A stretch of 20,637 nt of DNA from Arcobacter sp. (GTDB taxonomy: Bacteria; Campylobacterota; Campylobacteria; Campylobacterales; Arcobacteraceae), in NCBI GenBank assembly GCA_965662175.1, contig CBFIGT010000032.1, positions 1 to 20,637 on the forward strand, written 5' to 3'. The translations under genes were made by a program, and so were the position numbers. This document shows positions 7,699 through 14,916 of this stretch, one piece after another (position 1 is the first letter of the stretch; each line of letters begins with the position of its first letter). The notes beneath the pieces are model-generated. The model had not been told where the DNA came from. It was given only the letters and a program-made list of their open reading frames with translations, and did no database searches.

Positions 7699-9294
7699 AT
7701 GAGCATTAATAATACAACACCACTTGATAGTTTTATCAACCATAAATCAGAGACTAATATGCAATGTGGTAACTATTCAATTGATATACCAAAGCCTAAA
7801 GAGGGAGAACAATATAGATTCCATTTTGATGCAACTGCTTGTGTTGGTTGTCACTGTTGTGAAGTTGCTTGTAATGAACAAAATGGAAATAGCGCTGATA
7901 TAAAATGGAGAAGAGTAGGTGAAACACAAAGTGGGATTTTTCCAAATGTTTCTAATCACTTTAACTCTATGTCTTGTAATCACTGTATTGATCCTGAGTG
8001 TTTAAAAGGCTGTCCTACTGAATCTTATATAAAATTTGATAATGGTATTGTATTTCATGATGATGATACTTGTATTGGTTGTCAATACTGTACTTGGAAT
8101 TGTCCATATGAAGTTCCTGTATTTAATGAGGATAGAGGAATAGTTACAAAATGTCATATGTGTCATGAAAAACTAGATGTTGGACAAACACCAGCTTGTG
8201 TACAAGCTTGTCCTGCTGGTGCTATTGCAATTGAAATTGTAAATACTCAAGAGTGGTTAGATGAGGGAATGAATAAAGAAGGAATTGCTCCACATTTACC
8301 CGATACTGATATTACAAAACCAACAACTAGATATACAATAAATGAAGATGAAAAAAATGCAAAAGTAACTCCTGCTGATGCTCATATAATCAAAGCTAAT
8401 CATCCTGAATGGCCTTTAGTGTTTATGACTGTTTTAACACAAATTTCATTTGGTGGTTTTGCAGCACTTACTCTTGGAGAGTTTGTAAATTTAATCGGAT
8501 TTAATCTAGCTATGCCAAATATTTGGATGATGATAGCAATATTTTTACCAGCTGCAATTGGACTTCCTCTATCAGCACTTCATTTAGGACGTCCTATTTT
8601 AGCTCATACAGCTATGAAAAATATAAAAACTTCTTGGTTAAGTAGAGAAGCTTTAGCCTTAGGAGTTTATACTTTTGGATTAACACTTCTTATTGCAATA
8701 TTCTATTTTGAAATTTCACAAGTATTTAGATTTATAGTCGAACTTGCTGTTTTAGGAGTTGGAATTTACGGTATTTATGCACAATCTATGATTTATAGAA
8801 TTAAAGCTAGACCTTCATGGAATAAAAAAGAGACAACAAAAATATTTTTCTATGTTTCATATATAGGTTTACTTCTTGTTAGTTTTATATTGGTTTTAAA
8901 TGAGTATTACTCAACGGCATCTGTATTATTACCATTTGCTCTATTTATTGCTTATTTTCAACTTGAAGAATCAAATAAACAAAATAGTTTTTATAAGAAT
9001 TTAAAAGAAGATGATAAAAACTTTTATCAATTAAATAAGACAAAAACTTTATATGAGAAAAACTTTACAAAAGAGAATGACTTTAGAAAAAGGTCATTAA
9101 TAATTGGTGGAATTGCTTTACCACTATTGGCTATGTTACTACTTGCTAGTTCAAATTACTCTAGCGTTGTGACGGTTTTAGTACTCTCTATTATAGTTTC
9201 ATTTTCAAGTGAAATTATTTCAAGAGTATTATTTTATAAAACAGCAGTTGCACTTGGACTTGCTGGTAACTTTTTTGCGGGGAATCAAAGATGA
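7699..9294 (+). CDS. Fused DmsB/NrfC-like four-cluster Fe-S protein and DmsC/YnfH-like membrane anchor, 531 aa
   Basis: Four Cys groups (CVGCHCCEVAC, CNHCIDPECLKGCP, CIGCQYCTWNCP, CHMC...PACVQACP), then about 8 TM helices with DmsC motifs EWPLVFMTVLTQ, SALHLGRP and SWLSRE. Confidence 0.9.
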   Translation: MSINNTTPLDSFINHKSETNMQCGNYSIDIPKPKEGEQYRFHFDATACVGCHCCEVACNEQNGNSADIKWRRVGETQSGIFPNVSNHFNSMSCNHCIDPECLKGCPTESYIKFDNGIVFHDDDTCIGCQYCTWNCPYEVPVFNEDRGIVTKCHMCHEKLDVGQTPACVQACPAGAIAIEIVNTQEWLDEGMNKEGIAPHLPDTDITKPTTRYTINEDEKNAKVTPADAHIIKANHPEWPLVFMTVLTQISFGGFAALTLGEFVNLIGFNLAMPNIWMMIAIFLPAAIGLPLSALHLGRPILAHTAMKNIKTSWLSREALALGVYTFGLTLLIAIFYFEISQVFRFIVELAVLGVGIYGIYAQSMIYRIKARPSWNKKETTKIFFYVSYIGLLLVSFILVLNEYYSTASVLLPFALFIAYFQLEESNKQNSFYKNLKEDDKNFYQLNKTKTLYEKNFTKENDFRKRSLIIGGIALPLLAMLLLASSNYSSVVTVLVLSIIVSFSSEIISRVLFYKTAVALGLAGNFFAGNQR

Positions 9295-11603
9295 TAAATA
9301 AAATAAAAAACTTTCTAGGTGTAGATATAAAAAATGAAAAGTATTCATTAGTTGATGATGCAAAGTTTGGAAAAGTAGCAAAACAAAAAGCTCCTACTTC
9401 ATGGGTTAGAAGTACTTGTGGATATTGTGGAGTTGGTTGTGGTTTATATATTGGGGTAAAAGAGGGAAAAGCTGTTTATACAAAAGGTGATCCAGCTCAC
9501 CCTGTAAATATGGGAACACTTTGTCCAAAAGGTTTAAGTGAACATGATATGGTTCAAAGTGATAATAGACTTACAAAACCACTTATTAGAAAAAATGCTC
9601 AATTACAAGATTCAACTTGGGAAGAAGTTTTTAAAACTACAAGTGATAGATTTAAAGCTATTCAAAATGAACATGGAAATCAAGCAATTGCTTGTATCTC
9701 AACTGGTCAGCTTTTAACTGAAGAGTTTTATACTTTAGGTAAATTTGTACAAATGGGACTTAAAACAAATAACTATGATGGTAATACAACACTTTGTATG
9801 GCAAGTGCTGTTATGGGTTATAAACAAACCTTTGGTAGTGATGGCCCAGTTGGGAGTTATGAAGATTTTTCATATGCAGATACTATTATGTTAATTGGTG
9901 CAAATATTGCTGATAATCATCCTATTTTAAAACTTCATATTGCAAAAAATCAAAAGATTACTGGTAAAAAACCAACTATTATCGTAATTGATCCAAGGTT
10001 TTCAAAAACAGCAAAAATGGCAGATATTTTTGTTCCTATAAAACCAAGAAGTGATTTGGCACTTATGAATGGACTTTGTCATATTATTTTAGAGCAAGGT
10101 TGGGAAGATGAGAAATTTATAAAAAGTAGAACTACTGGTTATAAAGAGTTTAGAAAACATATTATGGAAAATTATAAACCACAAGATGTAGCAAATATTA
10201 CGGGTATTGATGTAAAAGATTTATACCAATTAGCTAAGGTTTATGCACAATCACCTGCTGCTATGAGTGCTTGGACTATGGGAGTAAATCAAAGCTCTAT
10301 TGGAACAGATACTGTAAGTGCTATTTGTAACCTTGCTCTTATAACTGGAAATTTAGGAAGAAAAGGTGCAACAGCACTTTCTATCACAGGACAGTGTAAT
10401 GCTATGGGTACAAGAGAAACAGGCTTTACCTCATCAATTCCAGGGTATAGAAACTTTGCAAACGCTTATGATAGAGAAGAGTATGCAACCATTGCAAATG
10501 TTCCCCTTGATGATGTTCCAACTGCACGAGGTTATTCTTATCCTCAAATAATTGATGCAATTGAAAGAGGCGAAATAAAAGCTTTATGGTTAGTTGCAAC
10601 TAATCCTCTTGTATCATTTCCTGATCAAAAAAAGCTTAGACGAGCTCTGAGAAAACTTGATTTACTTGTAGTTCAAGATGCTTTTAAAAGTGAAACAGCT
10701 CAAATAGCTGATGTTGTTTTTTCTGCTGCTACATGGAGTGAAAAAGAGGGAACTTATACAAATAGTGAAAGAAGATGTAATTATGCTAAAAAAGCAGTTG
10801 AACCACTAGGAGATACAAAAAGTGATTTTGATATTATCTTAGAGTTTTCAAAATATTTTGGAGTAAAAGATAGTTTGTATCCTAATTGGAGTGAGCCTAG
10901 AGATGCTTTTAATGAATGGAAAAAATTAAGTGATGGAAGACTTTGTGATTATACTGGTATGACTTATGAATTAATTGAAGAGTTAGGTGGTATTCAATGG
11001 CCATGTAATAGTAAAAATCCAAAAGGAACACCAAGACTTTATAGTGAAGATATGCCTTGCCCAACAGCTGATGGTAAAGCAAATCTTTTAGCTCTTGATT
11101 GGTTACCTTTAAGTGAGTCTTGTAATACTAATTTCCCACTTATTTTAAATACAGGTAGAACAGTTGAACAATGGCATACAAGAACAAAAACAAAAACTAT
11201 CTCTATTTTAAATGATTTAGCTCCAGAAGCTTGGATTGAGATAAACCCAAGTGATGCTAAAAAACTAGAAGTAAGTAGTGGTGATAGACTAGATATCTCA
11301 TCAACTAGAGGAAAAATAAAAGATGTAATAGTAAGAGAGTCACAAAATGTTAGACCTGGCTCTATTTTTGTACCATTTCATTTTAATGAGCAATTAATAA
11401 ATACAATCACAATAGCTGATTTTGATCCAAAATCTTTTGAGCCAAACTATAAACAGTGTGCAGTTCAACTTCATAGTAAAAAAGTTCCAAATGGAATAGT
11501 TGTAAAAGAGAGAGAAATAGTAGGTGAGTTAGAGCATATAGTAATCATGAATGAATCCATAAAACTAGATGATATTTTAATAAAAAATAAAATATCAGAA
11601 TAA
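9291..11603 (+). CDS. Second Nas/Nap-clade molybdopterin oxidoreductase (nitrate reductase-like), 770 aa
   Basis: STCGYCGVGC...LCPKG, TGQLLTEEFY, DGNTTLCMASA, GQCNAMG, TGRTVEQWH; ATGA overlap with the DmsBC-fusion stop; no twin-arginine signal. Confidence 0.85.
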   Translation: MINKIKNFLGVDIKNEKYSLVDDAKFGKVAKQKAPTSWVRSTCGYCGVGCGLYIGVKEGKAVYTKGDPAHPVNMGTLCPKGLSEHDMVQSDNRLTKPLIRKNAQLQDSTWEEVFKTTSDRFKAIQNEHGNQAIACISTGQLLTEEFYTLGKFVQMGLKTNNYDGNTTLCMASAVMGYKQTFGSDGPVGSYEDFSYADTIMLIGANIADNHPILKLHIAKNQKITGKKPTIIVIDPRFSKTAKMADIFVPIKPRSDLALMNGLCHIILEQGWEDEKFIKSRTTGYKEFRKHIMENYKPQDVANITGIDVKDLYQLAKVYAQSPAAMSAWTMGVNQSSIGTDTVSAICNLALITGNLGRKGATALSITGQCNAMGTRETGFTSSIPGYRNFANAYDREEYATIANVPLDDVPTARGYSYPQIIDAIERGEIKALWLVATNPLVSFPDQKKLRRALRKLDLLVVQDAFKSETAQIADVVFSAATWSEKEGTYTNSERRCNYAKKAVEPLGDTKSDFDIILEFSKYFGVKDSLYPNWSEPRDAFNEWKKLSDGRLCDYTGMTYELIEELGGIQWPCNSKNPKGTPRLYSEDMPCPTADGKANLLALDWLPLSESCNTNFPLILNTGRTVEQWHTRTKTKTISILNDLAPEAWIEINPSDAKKLEVSSGDRLDISSTRGKIKDVIVRESQNVRPGSIFVPFHFNEQLINTITIADFDPKSFEPNYKQCAVQLHSKKVPNGIVVKEREIVGELEHIVIMNESIKLDDILIKNKISE

Positions 11604-11615
11604 TCATTTAACCTA

Positions 11616-11639
11616 ATTCCAAAGCTCTTGCTTTGGAAT
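11616..11639. terminator. Hairpin between convergent genes, probable bidirectional terminator
   Basis: ATTCCAAAGC-TCTT-GCTTTGGAAT, perfect 10-bp stem between the stops at 11603 and 11670. Confidence 0.65.
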
Positions 11640-11669
11640 GCATATTTGTATAAAAAAAATATTGAAGAA

Positions 11670-12356
11670 TTATTTTAACCTATACCCTATACCAGAAACA
11701 TTTATAACATAATTTTGACCTAATTTTTTTCGTAAATCTCTAACAACACTTCTAATTGCACTTGAACTCATAAAATTATTTCCCCAAACTTGATACTCTA
11801 TCTCTTCATAAGATACTGTTTTATTCTCATCATTTACTAAAAGTTTTAATAAAAGTAACTCTTTTTTATTTAAGTGCAACTCTTCATTATTAATAATTAC
11901 ACTACTTTTATCAAAATCAATCTTTATACTCTTTTCAAGTTGTAAAACTTGGGGTAAAAGTTCATCAGTTTTTTTTAAAAATGCTTCAAATACTTCAAAT
12001 AAATCATTTTCTAGTAGAGGTTTTATAATATATCTATCAACTCCATTATGTATTGCACTTATAAGTAAATCTGTATCTGTATGAGCTGAAACAATTATAG
12101 TATAAGCTTTACATTTTCTTTTTATTAACTCTTTAATTAGTTCAAAGCCACCCATATTTGGCATCTTTAAATCAGTCATTACAATATCTGGTAAGAACTC
12201 TTCATATTTTTCTAAGCCATCATACCCATCAATAGCAACATAAACTTCTTTAAAAAATATTTTTAACATAGAGGATATATTTTCTCTAATAACTTTTTCA
12301 TCTTCAACTAAAAGTATTGTTTTGGATCTTAATCTATTTAATAAACTACTCCTCAT
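11670..12356 (-). CDS. OmpR/PhoB-family response regulator
   Basis: Receiver motifs LLVEDE, TDLKMP, SAH, YIIKP; winged-helix C-terminus (IRSVVRDLRKKL...GIGYRL); overlaps the kinase stop. Confidence 0.92.
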   Translation of the reverse strand: MRSSLLNRLRSKTILLVEDEKVIRENISSMLKIFFKEVYVAIDGYDGLEKYEEFLPDIVMTDLKMPNMGGFELIKELIKRKCKAYTIIVSAHTDTDLLISAIHNGVDRYIIKPLLENDLFEVFEAFLKKTDELLPQVLQLEKSIKIDFDKSSVIINNEELHLNKKELLLLKLLVNDENKTVSYEEIEYQVWGNNFMSSSAIRSVVRDLRKKLGQNYVINVSGIGYRLK

Positions 12357-13878
12357 TTTTTTCCTTTTTTATTGGAATAGAGATTATAAATTGGGCACCT
12401 TGAGAACTGTTTTTAACCCTTAAAGTACCTTTCATATGCTTTTCAACAATCTCCCTAGCTATATAAAGACCTATTCCTGTACCGGTAACATCTTTTGTAG
12501 TAAAATATGGTTCAAATATTTTATTTAAATTTTTCTCTTCAATACCCTTTGCATTATCATTTATTTCACAATATATACTCTTATCATCTTTACTAGTTCT
12601 TATCTCTATTTTTGGATTTTCAATATCCCTTTCTATTAATACATCTTTTGCATTTGATAAAAGATTTAAAACAACTTGTGAAAATTCATTTGCATAGCCA
12701 TATGCAATAATATTGGGATTACTAAATATTTGAAGATTTATATTATTTGATTCTAGTGTTGCTTTTAAAATCTTGTATGCACTTCTAATCTCCTTATCAA
12801 TATCAAAAAACTCTTTCTCTTTATTTGGTTTAAAAAAGTTTCTAAAGTCATCTATTGTTTGAGACATATATTGTAACTGTTCATTTGCCTCTTTCATTCT
12901 CTCATCTATAAATTTTTCATCCATTCCATTTGAAATAGCTGTCCATTTTATATTCATCATAATAGCGCTTACAGCACTAATTGGTTGTCTCCATTGGTGA
13001 GCGATATTTCCTATCATCTCTCCAAGTGCCGCCATTTTTGATTGTTGTATTAAAAGGTTTTCCTTCTCCCTTTGTTTATCAATCTCTTCTTTTACTTTTT
13101 TATGTAAAGTTTTATTAAACTCATCTAACTCTTGAACTTTTACCTCCAAAGACTCATTAAGTTTTGAAATTTTTTCTTCATCTTTTTTCTTAATATTTTC
13201 ATGAATTAAAAGAGTAATAACAGCCCCTATTGCGGCAATGACAAGAAAAATTATTGTCTGTTCTTTATCACTATTTATCTTATTTAACTTCTCATACTCT
13301 TTTTTTATATCAAAAGTTACACTAATACCACCCCTAATATCACCTATTTTATATCCTTGTTTTGCATGACAAGTTAAACAACTTTGTTCTGTTTTAAGGG
13401 CACCCATAAATTTAAACTCATCCCCTTGAATCTTCCAATAATAAGGAATTTCTGGATTATCATCAAAATAATTAAGAATTCTTTTTTCATCTTCATCGGG
13501 AGCATTATTTGGATTTATAAGTTTATTACTAGTAATTTTTAGTTTTATTCCATCCCTTCTACTTGCAATATCAGATATCTGTCTTGTCATAAAAGCTGGA
13601 TTTATCCAAACAAGTGTTTCCCCTTTATCTGATTTTATATAGTTTGGATTTAAATATGGATTTGGGTCTAACTTCTCAGACTTAACATATACACCATCAT
13701 ATTTTGCGTTCCAATGTCTTATATCAACAATTAAATAGAAAATTGTCAAAGCCTTATTTTTTAAATTCTCTTTTAGTGACTCTTCTTGAACTTGATATGA
13801 CTCTTTTATAGTAAGACCTATTATAAAAAATAGTGAAAGTAAAAAAAATATAAATAAATAGATGATTGATTTTTTAAT
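12346..13878 (-). CDS. Membrane sensor histidine kinase with periplasmic c-type heme (CxxCH, DUF3365/Tll0287-like) domain; probable ATT start at 13878 (510 aa)
   Basis: CLTCH followed by GYKIGDIRGG; H-box IAHQWRQP; NLLSNAKD; FEPYFTTK; GTGIGL. The frame stays open upstream of the track's TTG (13749) through a TM helix (IIYLFIFFLLSLFFIIGL) to ATT at 13878, 5 nt after AAGGA; in-frame TAA at 13891-13893. Confidence 0.85.
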   Translation of the reverse strand: MKKSIIYLFIFFLLSLFFIIGLTIKESYQVQEESLKENLKNKALTIFYLIVDIRHWNAKYDGVYVKSEKLDPNPYLNPNYIKSDKGETLVWINPAFMTRQISDIASRRDGIKLKITSNKLINPNNAPDEDEKRILNYFDDNPEIPYYWKIQGDEFKFMGALKTEQSCLTCHAKQGYKIGDIRGGISVTFDIKKEYEKLNKINSDKEQTIIFLVIAAIGAVITLLIHENIKKKDEEKISKLNESLEVKVQELDEFNKTLHKKVKEEIDKQREKENLLIQQSKMAALGEMIGNIAHQWRQPISAVSAIMMNIKWTAISNGMDEKFIDERMKEANEQLQYMSQTIDDFRNFFKPNKEKEFFDIDKEIRSAYKILKATLESNNINLQIFSNPNIIAYGYANEFSQVVLNLLSNAKDVLIERDIENPKIEIRTSKDDKSIYCEINDNAKGIEEKNLNKIFEPYFTTKDVTGTGIGLYIAREIVEKHMKGTLRVKNSSQGAQFIISIPIKKEKNEE

Positions 13879-13930
13879 ATTAATCCTTTTTTATATTATA
13901 AAATATATAAAAATATTTTTTTTCAAATAT

Positions 13931-13947
13931 TGTATAAAAAATATACA
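13931..13947. promoter_or_regulatory. Palindromic operator copy 5 (divergent kinase / FNT region)
   Basis: TGTATAAAAAATATACA, the reverse complement of the other copies; 30 bp from the minus-strand TATAAT at 13895-13900. Confidence 0.72.
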
Positions 13948-14031
13948 GAAAAAGTATATTTTCCTATTTTTTTCCTTACTTTTTTTGATTTAATTTTACA
14001 TCTTAAAAAATTACAATAAAAAGGAGATTTT

Positions 14032-14865
14032 ATGGCATATTTAGAACCATCTGAATTTGTTACAAAAATGGTTGACTCAGGTGAGTCAAAAGTTTACATG
14101 TCTACAAAAGACACAATAATTAGAGCCTATATGGCAGGTGCAATTTTGGCTTTAGCAGCAGTATTTGCAATCACAGTTGCAATGAAATCTGGTTCTCCAA
14201 TTTTAGGTGCTTGTTTATTCCCTGTTGGATTTATTATGCTTTATTTAATGAAATTTGACCTTTTAACTGGTGTATTTATGCTTGTTCCTTTAGCTTGGCT
14301 TGATAAAAGACCAGGAGTTACAGGTGGACAAGTTTTAAGAAACTGGGGATTAGTTGCATTTGGAAACCTACTTGGTGCTTTGACTGTTGCTTTTATGATG
14401 GCATTTATTTTTACATATGGCTTTAATACTGATGGTGGAGCTATAGCTAAAAAAGTTGCTACTATAGGTGAAGCTAGAACGTTAGGTTACTCAGCTTATG
14501 GTTTAGATGGTTGGCTTACTGTATTTATTAGAGGTATGTTATGTAACTGGATGGTATCTATGGGAGTTGTAGGAGCTATGGTTTCAACTTCTGTTAGTGG
14601 TAAGTTTTTGGCTATGTGGATGCCTATTATGCTTTTCTTCTTTATGGGATTTGAGCACTCTATTGTAAATATGTTTTTATTCCCTTTTTCATTAATTATG
14701 GGTGGTGATTTTACTGTAATTGATTATATTGTTTGGAATGAATTACCAGTTGCACTTGGTAACTTAGTTGGTGGACTATTGTTTGTTGGATTAACTCTAT
14801 ATGCAACACATGTTAAAACTGGTGCTAAAAGAAGTTTATCAAGAACATCTGACAAAGCAGCATAA
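14032..14865 (+). CDS. Formate/nitrite transporter (FNT) family channel, probably nitrite (NirC-like) or cyanate
   Basis: AYMAGAIL, LFPVG, DLLTG, NWGLV..GNLLG, GMLCNWMV, GFEHSIVNM, GNLVGG; AGGAG RBS. Confidence 0.9.
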   Translation: MAYLEPSEFVTKMVDSGESKVYMSTKDTIIRAYMAGAILALAAVFAITVAMKSGSPILGACLFPVGFIMLYLMKFDLLTGVFMLVPLAWLDKRPGVTGGQVLRNWGLVAFGNLLGALTVAFMMAFIFTYGFNTDGGAIAKKVATIGEARTLGYSAYGLDGWLTVFIRGMLCNWMVSMGVVGAMVSTSVSGKFLAMWMPIMLFFFMGFEHSIVNMFLFPFSLIMGGDFTVIDYIVWNELPVALGNLVGGLLFVGLTLYATHVKTGAKRSLSRTSDKAA

Positions 14866-14870
14866 TAATA

Positions 14871-14898
14871 AACTTTATAGGCTTTTGCCTATAAAGTT
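14871..14898 (+). terminator. Hairpin after the FNT gene (terminator or stabiliser)
   Basis: AACTTTATAGGC-TTTT-GCCTATAAAGTT, perfect 12-bp stem with a weak U-tract. Confidence 0.6.
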
Positions 14899-14916
14899 AT
14901 ATAATCAGGATAATTA

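Noticed and set aside
3574..7983. Short minus-strand ORFs 3574-3783, 4355-4585, 4582-4773, 5555-5851 and 7777-7983
   Set aside because: Antisense shadows of well-supported genes, without motifs.
8152..8166. CHMCH in the DmsBC fusion as a c-type heme site
   Set aside because: It is the start of the fourth Fe-S Cys group (CxxC...CxxxCP) of DmsB/NrfC proteins, in a domain with no export signal.
14900..14905. TATAAT as an internal promoter for the second kinase fusion
   Set aside because: It is immediately adjacent to the AGGA RBS, so a transcript from it would start after the RBS; likely chance in AT-rich DNA.
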